DNA from: Halodesulfurarchaeum sp.
GTDB taxonomy: Archaea; Halobacteriota; Halobacteria; Halobacteriales; Halobacteriaceae
Direction of reading: 5' to 3'
Assembly: GCA_034520565.1 (NCBI GenBank)
Contig: JAXHNL010000002.1
Coordinates: 1,024,001-1,088,000 of the forward strand
Length of the DNA stretch: 64,000 nucleotides
In this document: positions 29,175 through 40,116 of the stretch, one piece after another
Layout: each line of letters opens with the position of its first letter
Position numbering within the stretch: the first letter of the stretch is position 1
Translations under genes and position numbers: made by a program
The notes under the pieces: generated by a model
Database searches by the model: none
Seen by the model: only the letters and a program-made list of their open reading frames with translations
Told to the model about the DNA's origin: nothing

Positions 29175-30287
29175 ATGCCATCTATCGCGGGTGCCGACCT
29201 CTCCGTCGTCGAACGAGTCGGGGAAGTGATAGAATCCGTCGGTGCCGCCGGACACTGGCTGCTCATCTGTTCTGGCATCGCATTGATGTTCGGCGCCGAA
29301 CTCGTCTTTTTCGTCTTCGGCAGTGCGTCGCCGGTAATCCAGGCTCTGGAACTTTCGCTTCCGATTGCGGTGGGAGTCGGACTCGTCTGGTACGGCTCCC
29401 AGCTCCGCGATCACGAGTTTTCCCCGTGGCAGATCGCCGTGCTGGGATTTGCGGTGATCTTCGGCATGGGCCTGTTCGTCGTGATTGCGACCTACATGCG
29501 GATCCTGTTGAGCCTCGAGCTGTCGCTCACCGAGGAGCCGGTTTCCCTGTTGCTCAACGCGATGGCCATCGGCGCGGTGCTCAACCTCGTCTACGCCCAC
29601 CAGTACGTCAAAATCGAGGCCAGGGCGCGACGACTCGAGAACCGCGTCGACCGTCTCGGAACGGTTCTCTCCCGGGCCTCCCACGATCTCAGGAACCCGC
29701 TCAACGTCGCCCAGGGGTACGCCGATTTGATCGGGGACAAACTCGAATCGAACGAACGGGTCGAACCGCTCCAGAACGCCCTCGACCGAATCGGCTCGAT
29801 CGTCGACGAACTCCTCATGTTCGCCCACACGAACTACACGGTGGAATCCGTCGAGTGTTGCTCGCTCGAAGCGGTAACCCGGGAGTCGTGGGGGATGGTC
29901 GAATCCGAAGCCGGGACCGTCGAGGTGGAATCCGAATTCGAGTTCGAGGCCGACCACGACCGGCTCCAGCACCTGCTCGAGAATCTCTTCTGTAACGCCG
30001 TCGAGCACGCCGGGCCGGACCCGACGGTCCGGGTCGGCCGAATCGACGGGCGAGAGGGGTTTTATGTCGCGGACAACGGCCCTGGAATCCCCGAGGACGA
30101 GCGCAACCGGGTTTTCGAACCCGGCTTCACCACGGCCGAAGCGGGAACTGGGTTCGGCCTCAACATCGTTGCCGAGATCGGCCAGGCCCACGACTGGGAC
30201 GTGGAGATCGCCGACAGCAAGTCCGGCGGAACCCGATTCGAGTTCGACGGCCTCGAAACCGAGGGTCGCTGCGAGTCGGCCAAGTGA
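29175..30287 (+). CDS. Membrane-bound sensor histidine kinase
   Basis: Four N-terminal TMs, SHDLRNPL, ENLFCNA, DNGPGIP, GTGFGL; start uncertain. Confidence 0.9.
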   Translation: MPSIAGADLSVVERVGEVIESVGAAGHWLLICSGIALMFGAELVFFVFGSASPVIQALELSLPIAVGVGLVWYGSQLRDHEFSPWQIAVLGFAVIFGMGLFVVIATYMRILLSLELSLTEEPVSLLLNAMAIGAVLNLVYAHQYVKIEARARRLENRVDRLGTVLSRASHDLRNPLNVAQGYADLIGDKLESNERVEPLQNALDRIGSIVDELLMFAHTNYTVESVECCSLEAVTRESWGMVESEAGTVEVESEFEFEADHDRLQHLLENLFCNAVEHAGPDPTVRVGRIDGREGFYVADNGPGIPEDERNRVFEPGFTTAEAGTGFGLNIVAEIGQAHDWDVEIADSKSGGTRFEFDGLETEGRCESAK

Positions 30288-30385
30288 CTCCCCGGAGAGC
30301 CGGAACACTGGTCTGTGAGGATGCAACGCCGTCGCTACGCGCAGTTCCCGTCACCGGGAGCCCCGTTTGGCGCTCTGGCCGGGTG

Positions 30386-30814
30386 TCAGGCTCCAGTCGA
30401 GACGACCATCGTGTCACCAACCAGATCGCCGAGACGCTTGCCGTCCCCGGCAAGCAGCATGACCACGATGCCGACGGCGTAAAACGCCGGCACGCTGTCG
30501 ACGATCCGGAGGAGGTTCCTGACCGTCGCCGCTTTCATGTCGGCGGTCCGCCCGTCCGATTTGACGACGGCGATGCCCATCATCCGCTTCCCCACCGTCT
30601 GTCCGCCGGCTCCCTCGAGAGCGATGAAGTACAGCAATCCACCGGCGCCCGCCAGCAGTCCGACCAGGCCGACCGCCCTGGGAGCGATCATCGTGACGAG
30701 CCAGAAGAGCAGTGCCGTGCCGAGACCGACCACCGTTCCGTCGACGAGGAACGCGATTGCTCGGGAGATGAGTGAGGCGGGCTGTCCGTCGTGCCGTGGT
30801 TTCGCTCGCACCAT
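30386..30814 (-). CDS. RDD family protein
   Basis: RAIAFLVD, GQTVGKRMMGI, RLGDLVGDT. Confidence 0.9.
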   Translation of the reverse strand: MVRAKPRHDGQPASLISRAIAFLVDGTVVGLGTALLFWLVTMIAPRAVGLVGLLAGAGGLLYFIALEGAGGQTVGKRMMGIAVVKSDGRTADMKAATVRNLLRIVDSVPAFYAVGIVVMLLAGDGKRLGDLVGDTMVVSTGA

Positions 30815-31037
30815 GGGTCTGCCTGGTCCGGTCATCCGACTTAAACCCTCGCCGGGTCGCGCCGTTCTCGGCGAAACGGGCTGAGAGAGGTCGATAAATC
30901 GTTTCGAGCCTGCAAAACGGACGATTAAATGACCTGAAACGATCGCCCGGCTCCCTAATTTCGCTGAACTGAACCGAACGTTCGGGCCCCTATATGATCC
31001 TGGGGTTCCTTGGTATCGGTACCGAGGTGTCCCCCCA

Positions 31038-31271
31038 ATGTCAACCCAATCCTCCACCCCCGACGCCCAGGCCGCGAGGCCACCTGGATCCGGGATGCTC
31101 CTCCAGCCACTCGAAGCCGCCGGCTTCTGGGCTGGCGTCGGACTGCCCTTCATCTACGTCCCGCTGATCCTCCGTGGCCTCGAAACGTCGACGGTCCAGC
31201 TCACGGTGGCCGTACTGCTCGCCACCCACGTGTTGGCGCTCGTGCTTGGCCGACACTACAACGCCGACTGA
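31038..31271 (+). CDS. Small two-TM membrane protein
   Basis: FWAGVGLPFIYVPL...HVLALVLGRHY, a haloarchaeal small-protein pattern. Confidence 0.75.
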   Translation: MSTQSSTPDAQAARPPGSGMLLQPLEAAGFWAGVGLPFIYVPLILRGLETSTVQLTVAVLLATHVLALVLGRHYNAD

Positions 31272-31309
31272 GTGACGGCTTTTTGTCCGTTCCGCCAGTA
31301 GCCCGGGAT

Positions 31310-32281
31310 ATGAACCTGGCGACAGTCCCGCTCGGCAGAACCGGAACCCGGGTCTCCGAGATCGCCTTCGGGACCTGGCGGTTCGGTCGAGAGGACGACA
31401 CCGGCGCGATCGAAATCGGGCCCGAGCAGGCCCACCGCCTCCTCGACACCTACGAGGCCGCAGGCGGTCGCTTCATCGACACCGCGGACATGTACGGCGA
31501 CGGTCGCGCGGAGGAATACGTCGGTGACTGGCTCACAGAGCGTGACCGCGAGGACTTCGTGATCGCCTCGAAGATCTACTGGCCGACCCGCGAGGGCGAC
31601 CCGAACGGCCGCGGGCTCGGGCGCAAACACCTCCGCCGACAGATCGACCTGATTCTCGATCGGCTCGGCACCGACTACCTCGATCTGCTGTACATCCACC
31701 GCTGGGACGACGCGACCCCCGCTTCGGAGTTCATGCGCACGTTGAATGACTTCGTTCGTGACGGGTCGGTCAACTATCTCGGGGCCTCGACGCTGGAGCC
31801 CAACGCGTGGAAGGTGGTGATGGCAAACGAAATCGCTCGCCGCGAGGGGTACGAACCGTTTAAAGTTGTCCAACCCCGGTACAACGCCGTCAACCGGGAG
31901 ATCGAGGGATCATATCTGGAGATGTGCCACGAATACGGACTGGGGGTCATTCCCTGGTCCCCGCTGGCAGGTGGCTTTCTGAGCGGGAAGTACACGCGAG
32001 GAGAGGCACCGCCACCGGATTCCCGGGGTGCAACTGACGAGCAGTTCGTCGACTCCTATCTGATTGCGGAGAACTTCGACGTGCTGGAGGAGGTCGAAGC
32101 GATCGCCGATGACGTCGAGGCCAGTCCGGCCCAGGTCAGTCTCGCCTGGCTGCTCCATCACGAACAGGTCGTCGCCCCGATCGCCGGGGCCACGTCGATC
32201 GAGCAACTCGAGGAGGACCTCCGGGCGACAGAGATCGCCCTCACCGACGACCAGTTCGAACGGATCGCGACCGCGAAGTGA
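31310..32281 (+). CDS. Aldo/keto reductase
   Basis: LGRTG, IDTADMYG, RLGTDYLDLLYIH, PWSPLAGG. Confidence 0.93.
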   Translation: MNLATVPLGRTGTRVSEIAFGTWRFGREDDTGAIEIGPEQAHRLLDTYEAAGGRFIDTADMYGDGRAEEYVGDWLTERDREDFVIASKIYWPTREGDPNGRGLGRKHLRRQIDLILDRLGTDYLDLLYIHRWDDATPASEFMRTLNDFVRDGSVNYLGASTLEPNAWKVVMANEIARREGYEPFKVVQPRYNAVNREIEGSYLEMCHEYGLGVIPWSPLAGGFLSGKYTRGEAPPPDSRGATDEQFVDSYLIAENFDVLEEVEAIADDVEASPAQVSLAWLLHHEQVVAPIAGATSIEQLEEDLRATEIALTDDQFERIATAK

Positions 32282-32761
32282 TCAGGTCCGCTCGAGGACC
32301 GTTTCGTCGTACTGAGTCTCGCCGATCGTGGTCGTGTCGGTATCGACGTGTTCGAAGCCACGGGTCTCGTAGAACTCCTGCATGTGTGAGTTGGCCGCCA
32401 GCGCGGTGGCGCGGATCCCTTCGCTCTCGGCCTCGAAGTCTGTCGCGATCGCCTCATAGAGGTCCTCCTCGATCCCGGCCTTCCGGTGGGCCGGATCGAC
32501 GTGAAGGCGGAGGATCGTGCCCACCGGACCGGATCGATGGGCGTGCACGAATCCGATAATTTCGTCGTCTTTCTCGGCGACTCGAAGGTCAGTCCCCGGG
32601 TTCGAGAGTTCCATTCGGACGACTGGATCGCTGTACCAGCGTTCGACTCCAGACTCGATCGTCTCCTCGTTCACTCGCCCCGCGTAATCCGTCCGCCAGG
32701 CGGCCTCGGCCACGCGCCGGATTCCCTCGATGTCCTCCTCCGTGGCTTCACGGACGTTCAT
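32282..32761 (-). CDS. GNAT family N-acetyltransferase
   Basis: VREATEEDI, LHVDPAHRKAGI, N..MQEFYETRGF. Confidence 0.88.
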   Translation of the reverse strand: MNVREATEEDIEGIRRVAEAAWRTDYAGRVNEETIESGVERWYSDPVVRMELSNPGTDLRVAEKDDEIIGFVHAHRSGPVGTILRLHVDPAHRKAGIEEDLYEAIATDFEAESEGIRATALAANSHMQEFYETRGFEHVDTDTTTIGETQYDETVLERT

Positions 32762-32786
32762 ACCCAGACCTTGATCGCCGATCGCC

Positions 32787-33719
32787 TTAGTCGTCCCGTC
32801 CCAGCAACCGGCTGATACCGGCCAGTTCCCGGGCGATCGCCTCCCGCTTGATCAACCAGAAGCCGGCGAGGATGACCAGGAAGCCGGCCCCGGTTGCCGC
32901 CGAGACTGACTCTCCAAGGACCATCCACCCGGTAAGTGCCGCCCAGATCGGGGCTGCATACGAGACGAGGTTGATTTCGACCGGTCCGAGGCGCTCGAGG
33001 AGGTCGAAGTAGATGAGAAAGCCGATCGCACTGGCGACGACCGAGAGGTAGAAAAGCGCCACCAGCCCCTCGAGACTCCAGGCGACCGAACCGACCCCTT
33101 CCCCCAGTAGCACACTGATCCCGTGAAGCATGATCGCGCCGATCACCATCGACCACGCCTCCATCGTCTCGACCGGCAGGCTCGCCTCGAAAGTCGTCGC
33201 GAGCACGCTCCCGAGGGCGAAACTCACTGCGGCCATGAAGACGAGAAACTCGCCGACCGTCGCGGTTTCCACGAGCGAGCCGAGATCCGGTTGGGCGATG
33301 ACGACGACCCCGAGGAGGCCGAGCCCGAGCCCGATGATTCCCAGCGGCGAGAGCGTCCGGCCCGGGAGCATGACCCGGGCGAAACCGGTCGTGAGTATCG
33401 GACTGAGGCTCACGACCACGGCGGCGACGGCACTCGTCGTCGACAGTTCGCCCACGAACAGGAATGCGTGATAGCCGGCGATCATGAACGCCCCGCCGAC
33501 GAGACTCAACACCCACTCGTCCCGGGTTTTCGGCCGCCAGCGGTCGACGGTCAGGATCGCGTACCCGAGCATCAACAGGCCTGCGAGGTCGTAGCGAAAG
33601 GCCGCAAAGAGCACCGGCGCTTCGGCAAACGTTTCGAGTCCGGCCTTGATCGCCATGAACGCCGTCCCCCAGATCGCCGAAAGGAAGAGCCACGACAGGA
33701 CGCTTCGAACTCGCGACAC
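32787..33719 (-). CDS. DMT/EamA family transporter
   Basis: IWGTAFMAIK, about ten TMs in two repeats, LGE motif. Confidence 0.9.
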   Translation of the reverse strand: MSRVRSVLSWLFLSAIWGTAFMAIKAGLETFAEAPVLFAAFRYDLAGLLMLGYAILTVDRWRPKTRDEWVLSLVGGAFMIAGYHAFLFVGELSTTSAVAAVVVSLSPILTTGFARVMLPGRTLSPLGIIGLGLGLLGVVVIAQPDLGSLVETATVGEFLVFMAAVSFALGSVLATTFEASLPVETMEAWSMVIGAIMLHGISVLLGEGVGSVAWSLEGLVALFYLSVVASAIGFLIYFDLLERLGPVEINLVSYAAPIWAALTGWMVLGESVSAATGAGFLVILAGFWLIKREAIARELAGISRLLGRDD

Positions 33720-33745
33720 GGTTCAGGAGTGGTGGGTCGGCACTT

Positions 33746-34264
33746 TCAGCGTTCCGTCTCCTCGGCGAGCAAAGCGAGTTGCCCCGTCTCGTGGAGGTGG
33801 GTGAGGACGTCCTGGCGGGTGATGATCCCGTCGACGAATCCGTCCGTCGTCACCGGGACCCGGTTGACGTTCGGCTCACGGCGGGCGAGGATTTCGATGA
33901 CGGTGTCGATGTCCGTTTCGGGGGACACCGTAACGACGTCCTCGGTCATGACGCTGCTGACGGGATCCCCTGCACGCCTGGCGAGGTCGATTTCGATGTC
34001 CAGGTCCCCAAATGAGGCCTCGATCGCGTAATCGACCGGCTCGAGGAAGGGCGGCAACCCGACGGGTATCCAGAGCGTTCGATCCGACGGCTCGAAGATC
34101 TCGACGAGGTCTCGCTGGGTCACGATCCCGACGAGTCGCCCATCGTCGTCGACGACGGGGAAGCCGTTGAACGGCCGGCTCGACATCTTCCTGAGGACAT
34201 CGCCGACGGAATCGTCGTGCTGCACCGTTTCGACGTCGCCGGTCATCAACTCGCGGGCCTTCAT
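33746..34264 (-). CDS. CBS domain-containing protein
   Basis: ARELMT, FPVVDDDGRLVGIVTQRDL, GIITRQDVL. Confidence 0.9.
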   Translation of the reverse strand: MKARELMTGDVETVQHDDSVGDVLRKMSSRPFNGFPVVDDDGRLVGIVTQRDLVEIFEPSDRTLWIPVGLPPFLEPVDYAIEASFGDLDIEIDLARRAGDPVSSVMTEDVVTVSPETDIDTVIEILARREPNVNRVPVTTDGFVDGIITRQDVLTHLHETGQLALLAEETER

Positions 34265-34336
34265 ATCCCGGATTTGGGGCCCGTGGGTCATGAGTGTTGG
34301 CGAGAAATTTATGAGGGAACCCGGGCAAGTGGGCAT

Positions 34337-34954
34337 ATGGCCACGATGGGCCGGCCCCGACTCCGGGACCTCTTCGACGAGGCGCCGACGCCGCACATCG
34401 CCCACCCGCCCCACACCCACCGGCGGGACTATTACGTCGCGACGGACGGCTCCTTCGAGTCGACCGGGGCCGGCCTGGGCGTGATCATCGAAACCCCGAC
34501 CGGTCGGCGAATCAAGCGCCTCGCCGTCCCCGACGGCGCACCGGACAACAACGTCGCCGAGTACCGGGCCCTCCACCTCGGGCTCGACGCCCTTGCGGCC
34601 CGGATCAGCCATCCCGCGTCCGTCGGGATCCTCGTGGATCACGACGACCTCGCGAGCAACGTCAACGCCGCGGTCCTCGCCAGTCGCGACCGCGAGCTGG
34701 GCACGCTCGCGAAGGTGAACCACCCGCCAGGAACAGCCTCACACTGGCGGGGGATCCGGGCCCGGATCGCCGGGTTCGAGGCGGTCCGGGCCGCCGCCGT
34801 CTCCAGCGAGGAGAACCCGGCCCATCCCCTCGCGAACACCCCCGAAGCGTATGCGCACGTCAATCGCGCACCTACTGAAGCGTCGACCGAACCGGCCCGC
34901 CGCTCGGAGGGTGTGCCACCCCCCTCTCGTGCTGATCGCCACGCTGGCGATTGA
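34337..34954 (+). CDS. Ribonuclease H (RNase HI-like) family protein
   Basis: YVATDGS, DNNVAEYRAL, LVDHD. Confidence 0.8.
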   Translation: MATMGRPRLRDLFDEAPTPHIAHPPHTHRRDYYVATDGSFESTGAGLGVIIETPTGRRIKRLAVPDGAPDNNVAEYRALHLGLDALAARISHPASVGILVDHDDLASNVNAAVLASRDRELGTLAKVNHPPGTASHWRGIRARIAGFEAVRAAAVSSEENPAHPLANTPEAYAHVNRAPTEASTEPARRSEGVPPPSRADRHAGD

Positions 34955-34955
34955 G

Positions 34956-37221
34956 CTAGCTGGATTCCTCCTGGGCGTCGACGACGGCGACGGCTGCAAG
35001 GTTCACGATATCTTTGACGGAATCTCCCCGCTGGAGCACGTGGACCGGCTGGTCCATGCCGACGAGCATGGGGCCGGTCGCTTCTGCCTCGCCGAGTCTC
35101 TGGAGGATCTTGTAGCCGATGTTTCCCGCCTCGAGGTTGGGAAAGATCAGGACGTTTGCCGGCTCTTCGAGCGCCGAAAAGCCGTAGCTCCCGTTGAGCA
35201 TTTCCTCGACGAGGGCCGTATCAGCCTGCATCTCGCCGTCGACGGGGTAGTCGACGTCGCCGCGCTCCCTGAGGCGTCTCGCGGCCTCCCGGGGGATCCG
35301 GCTCGACTCGTCGTCGACGCTCCCGAAGTCCGAGTACGAGAGCAGGGCCACCCGCGGCTCGACGTTGAACTCGCGGGCCAGTGCGGCAGTGTGATGGGCG
35401 ATCTCTTCGAGACAGGCCGCTGATCGGGTCCTTGTTCACCGTCGCGTCGGCGATGAACACTACCCGGTTCTTGAACGTGAGCATGTAAACGCCGCCGGCG
35501 AACTGGGCGTCCGGAGCCGTCCCGATAACCTGCAGTGGCGGTCGGAGCGCCGACGGATAGTGATAGGTAAGACCCGAAAGCATGGCGTCGACCTCCCCGC
35601 GGTCGACGAGGACGCTCGCGAGGTAGTTCGGATCTTTCGTGACCAGATCCCGAGCCTCGTTCCGCGTCATGCCCTTGCGCTGGCGCAGGCCATAGAGGTG
35701 TTCGACCTGTTCGTCGAGGTCGGTCCGTTCCGGATCCAGGATCGTCGGTTCGAACTCCAGCCCCAGCTCGTCGATCCGCTGGGTGATGGTCTCGATTTCC
35801 CCGATGAGGACCGGCTCGGCGATTCCCTCGTCGGTCATCTGGTTTGCCGCACGGATGGTCTTCTCGTCGGCCCCTTCCGCGAGTGCGACCCGCTTCGGGT
35901 CGGCTTTGGCCTTGTTGTAGATGATCCGCATCATCTCGCGGGACTTGCCGAGTCGCGCCTCCAGATCTTCCCGATAGACGTCGAGATCGTCGATCTCGCG
36001 CCGTGCGACGCCAGTTTCCATCGCCGCCTCGGCAACGGCTGGGGCCACGTGGAGCAGTACCCGGGGGTCCAGTGGCTTCGGAATGACGTATTCCGGGCCG
36101 AACTGCAACGGTTGGTCGCCGTAGGCCTGGACGACTTCGTCGGGAACGTCTTCCCTGGCGAGTGCGGCGAGGGCTTCGGCCGCGGCGACTTTCATCGCCT
36201 CGTTGATCTGTGTCGCTCGAACGTCCAGGGCCCCGCGGAAGATGAAGGGGAATCCGAGGACGTTGTTGATCTGGTTCGGGAAGTCCGACCGGCCAGTCGC
36301 GGCGATGACCGTGTCCTCTCGGGCGGTCTTTGCATCCCGGTAGCCGATCTCGGGGTCGGGGTTGGCCATGGCGAAGACCATCGGATTGGCCGCCATCGAC
36401 CGGACCATCTCCGGGGAGACGATGTCGCCGACCGAGAGCCCGACGAAGACGTCCGCACCCGCCATCGCGTCGGCGAGGTCTCCCTCGGGAACGTCTCGGG
36501 CGAAGGCGGCCTTGTACTCGTTGAGTTCGCCCGCGTCGGCCCGCTCCTGGGTGATGATCCCCGTCGAGTCGACCATCGTGACGCTGTCCCGTGAGACACC
36601 CAGCGCGGTGTAAAAGCGGGCCGTCGCGATCGCACTCGCCCCGGCACCCGAGATCACGACCTTCAGGTCCGCAAGGTCCTTCCCGAGGATTTCACTCCCG
36701 TTCAGCAACCCGGCCCCGGTGATGATCGCAGTGCCGTGCTGATCGTCGTGGAAGACCGGGATGTCCATCCGTTCGCGAAGCCGCTCCTCGATCTCGAAAC
36801 ACTCCGGCGCCCGGATGTCCTCGAGGTTGATGCCGCCGAAGGTCGGCTCCATCGCGACGACACTTTCGACCATCGCGTCGGGGTCGGAGAGATCCAGTTC
36901 CACGTCGAAGACGTCAATATCGGCGAACCGTTTGAACAGCACTCCCTTCCCCTCCATCACCGGCTTCGCGGCGTCGGCACCGATGTTTCCCAACCCGAGG
37001 ACGGCGCTCCCGTTCGAGATCACCCCGACCAGGTTGCTCTTCGCGGTGTAGGTGTACGCGTCCGCTTCGTCTTCGGCGATTCGCAGACAGGGCGCTGCGA
37101 CCCCTGGGGAGTACGCCAGGCTCAGATCGCGTTGTGTATTCGTCGGCTTCGTGGTGGAGATGGACACCTTCCCGGGCGGATCCCGGGCGTGATAGTCCAG
37201 GGCGTCCTCGTCGAGTCCCAT
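34956..37221 (-). CDS. maeB: NADP-dependent malic enzyme with phosphotransacetylase-like domain; apparent frameshift near 35420
   Basis: [33 protein letters not shown]; the C-terminus ([29 protein letters not shown]) lies in another frame. Confidence 0.9.
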
Positions 37222-37317
37222 GAAACTAATTCCCACGCCCGGGGCCAAAAGTCTACCCGACGGGTTCGCGTTCCGACTTCGAGCAGTTTCCGGTGGTCCC
37301 GGCCGACACGCCCGTCC

Positions 37318-38796
37318 TCAGACGAAATCGCCGAGACCGGACTGGGCCTCGTCTTCCTCCTCCTCGGTTCGAGAATCATCTCCTTCGCCAGCAGCGGTTT
37401 CCGCCCCGTCGGACTCGCCTTTGTCACCTTCACCTGCTGGTGCCGCTGTGTCTTCGACGTCGACGGCCTCGGTCCGGGAACCGTGACTGCCCGCGAAGGC
37501 CCCGCCGGAGTGCTCGACGGCCGCACGTTCAACCTGCTCGGTGGCGTCTTCGACGATCGACTGGACTTTGTTCGTGTCCTCGCCACTCCCCGTGACGAAG
37601 GCGACGTGCGTGGCCTCGAGGTCGTAGGCCGCCGTCATCGCCACCGTCAGCTCCCGGTTCTTGCAGTGATGGGTCATCGCGGCGAGGTAGGGGAGGACAA
37701 CTCGCCGCGCCGTTCCCATGCTCATACCGCCGACTTCCGCGATCTTTCGAGCGACGTAATCGCGGGTCTCCCGGGTGCCACGGGACCGCCCGAGTTTCGA
37801 CCAGTAACTCGGCGGCCCGTAGCGGGTCCACCCGCCTTTCGTTCCCTCCCTGGCCGCGGCAACACCGGCGGTGACGTTGTCGGTCACGTATCGCCAGTAG
37901 CTGTAGTTCTGGCTCGAACGGACCCGCCCCAGCCAGCGGTCCCCGGTCGCGAGCGCGTCGTAGGCCCGGGCCAGTTCCGCACCCGCGTAGTCTTTCGGGA
38001 CGTTGTCCTCTACCCAGTTGATCAGGTCGTCCGGGGTCTCGTCCACGTCGTAGGACGTTTTCAGCGCTCCTTCGGCGTCTTCTTCCTTGAGTACCGCATC
38101 GAGGAAGGGAAAGATCCCCTCGGTGCGATCCCGATTGCCGGTCACCACGTCCTCGACTTCGAGCACCGAGGTCGTCTCCGCGAGCGCCTGCAGGTCGTTG
38201 ATCGCCGAGCGGAGGTCACCGTCGTTTTTCTCGGCGATGGCCTCGAGGGCGGCGTCGGCGTACTCGACACCCTCCCGCCGACAGATGTCCCGGAGGACTG
38301 GCAGAATCGATCGCTTCGAGACGTCGCGGAACTCGATGTCTCGACAGGCGTTCCGCAGGCCCCGTGACATCTCGTAGAACTCGTTTGCGATCAGCACGAC
38401 CGGCTGTGTCGCCGCCTTGACGAGACTCGTGATCGCTTTCGTTCCGCCGCGATCGACGGTCCCGTGGAGGTTGTCGGCCTCGTCGAGGATCACGAGTTTC
38501 CGGCCGCCGGAGCCCGCACTGAGCGTCCCGCTCCGGGCCGCCTCGCCGGCAACCTGCTCGACGATGTCCCCGGTCCGCTGGTCGCTCGCGTTGAGTTCGA
38601 TCACGTCCCATCCCCTGTCGGCGGCCAGGGCGTGGGCTGCCGAGGTCTTCCCGACCCCTGGAGATCCGTGGAGAATGACTGCCTCGCGGTGCTCCGGCCA
38701 CGTTTCAGCCCACTCCTCGAAGTCGTCCCGGGCCGCGTCGTTGCCGCGAACCTCCGCGAGCGTTTCGGGTCGATACCGCTCGGTCCAGTCCGCCAT
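37318..38796 (-). CDS. rfcL: Replication factor C large subunit
   Basis: DWTERYRP, GSPGVGKT, ELNASDQR, ILDEAD, GDLRSAINDLQ, PIP-like QSGLGDF. Confidence 0.95.
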   Translation of the reverse strand: MADWTERYRPETLAEVRGNDAARDDFEEWAETWPEHREAVILHGSPGVGKTSAAHALAADRGWDVIELNASDQRTGDIVEQVAGEAARSGTLSAGSGGRKLVILDEADNLHGTVDRGGTKAITSLVKAATQPVVLIANEFYEMSRGLRNACRDIEFRDVSKRSILPVLRDICRREGVEYADAALEAIAEKNDGDLRSAINDLQALAETTSVLEVEDVVTGNRDRTEGIFPFLDAVLKEEDAEGALKTSYDVDETPDDLINWVEDNVPKDYAGAELARAYDALATGDRWLGRVRSSQNYSYWRYVTDNVTAGVAAAREGTKGGWTRYGPPSYWSKLGRSRGTRETRDYVARKIAEVGGMSMGTARRVVLPYLAAMTHHCKNRELTVAMTAAYDLEATHVAFVTGSGEDTNKVQSIVEDATEQVERAAVEHSGGAFAGSHGSRTEAVDVEDTAAPAGEGDKGESDGAETAAGEGDDSRTEEEEDEAQSGLGDFV

Positions 38797-38822
38797 TGAC
38801 GACTAGTTGCTGGCTCCCGCGT

Positions 38823-39455
38823 TTATTGATTCCGGGTCGGGGTTCCTCGACGGCGTGCCAAAAAGTACTGTTTCTCCCCGTCATCGGCGAGCGAATCCGG
38901 GACCGGTGCGGTCGATTCGAGCGCGAACCCGGCACGGTCGAGGGCCGCGCCGGTCTCCTCGGGCCCTGGATAGCTCCAGACCATCTCGACTCCGGAATCG
39001 AGCCAGTCCGGATTCCGACCCGCCCACTCCTCGGTTCCCGACGTAAAGAGGAGCCATCCCCCGGGTCGAAGCACCCGGGCCCACTCCTCGAAGACGGCCC
39101 GGTGTTCCTCCCGCGGGACGTGAATGATCGAATACAGTGCCACGACCGCATCCACGCTCGAGGCGGGAAGCGGGATAGCAGTCATTTCGCCCTGCAAGAG
39201 CGGCGTTTCGGGGGCCGTTTCGATCGCCAACCGGAGCTGCTCCCGAGAGATATCCAGTCCGATCGGATCGAATTCGTCCCCGTACCTGGTGAGGGCCGGC
39301 CTGCCGTCGCCACAGCCCACGTCGAGAACGCGAGCCCCCGGATCGAGTCGCGCCTCCAGGGCGTCCAGGAACGGCTTTCCGGCCGGCGAATCGGCGGCGG
39401 CGTTGGCGTACTCGTGGGCCAGCTCGTCGTAGGCGGCCCGAACCTCCTCGCGCAT
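38823..39455 (-). CDS. Class I SAM-dependent methyltransferase
   Basis: VLDVGCGDG, GLDIS, RVLRPGG. Confidence 0.9.
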   Translation of the reverse strand: MREEVRAAYDELAHEYANAAADSPAGKPFLDALEARLDPGARVLDVGCGDGRPALTRYGDEFDPIGLDISREQLRLAIETAPETPLLQGEMTAIPLPASSVDAVVALYSIIHVPREEHRAVFEEWARVLRPGGWLLFTSGTEEWAGRNPDWLDSGVEMVWSYPGPEETGAALDRAGFALESTAPVPDSLADDGEKQYFLARRRGTPTRNQ

Positions 39456-39517
39456 GGTGGGACTGACCGCCCCTTGCCCTATGGGCCTTCTGTCCGTGTC
39501 CTCGTCCTGTGCTCCGA

Positions 39518-40012
39518 TCACCTGGAGTCGGACAGGTCCCGGGCCAACATTTCGCCCCAGTGCTCGAACTCGTGGCGTTCGTAGAAGGCTCTGGCCCGCT
39601 CGTTCGCCCGATCGACGTCGAGCAAGAGGCGGTCGAGGGGAAGGTCCTGGTCGCGGGCGACGTCGATAGCGGCCGAAACCAACTCGTCACCGACCCCCTC
39701 GCCACGGAACTCGGGCAGCACGTAGAGTTCGTTCAGCACGGCACCGTCCCAGATATGGGCCATCGCCTCCGGGAGGAGGAAGACATAGCCAACCATCGAT
39801 CCGTCTCGTTCGGCCAGCTGGACAGCCCGGGGCTCCTCGGCAACACAGCGGTCGACCCAGTCGAGATATGACTCACGGTAGGGCTCGTCGAGTTTCGTCT
39901 CGTAGCGCGATGCTTTCGCGTCGTCGCCGGTCCCCTCGCCCAGTCCTCGCTCGAAGCCCCGCTTGAGATCCCAGAGTACGGCGGTATCGCTTGCCTCGTA
40001 CGCTCGCACCAT
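39518..40012 (-). CDS. GNAT family N-acetyltransferase
   Basis: LYVLPEFRGEGVG, NERARAFYERHEF. Confidence 0.9.
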   Translation of the reverse strand: MVRAYEASDTAVLWDLKRGFERGLGEGTGDDAKASRYETKLDEPYRESYLDWVDRCVAEEPRAVQLAERDGSMVGYVFLLPEAMAHIWDGAVLNELYVLPEFRGEGVGDELVSAAIDVARDQDLPLDRLLLDVDRANERARAFYERHEFEHWGEMLARDLSDSR

Positions 40013-40116
40013 GCACTGCCTGGCGGCGCCAGCGGCGTGAGCGCTTCGCTTCCCTGTCGGGCGTGAATTCGTCGGTCGTCGATACCTTTTTCGGCAGATG
40101 GAGGCAACGACAGGGC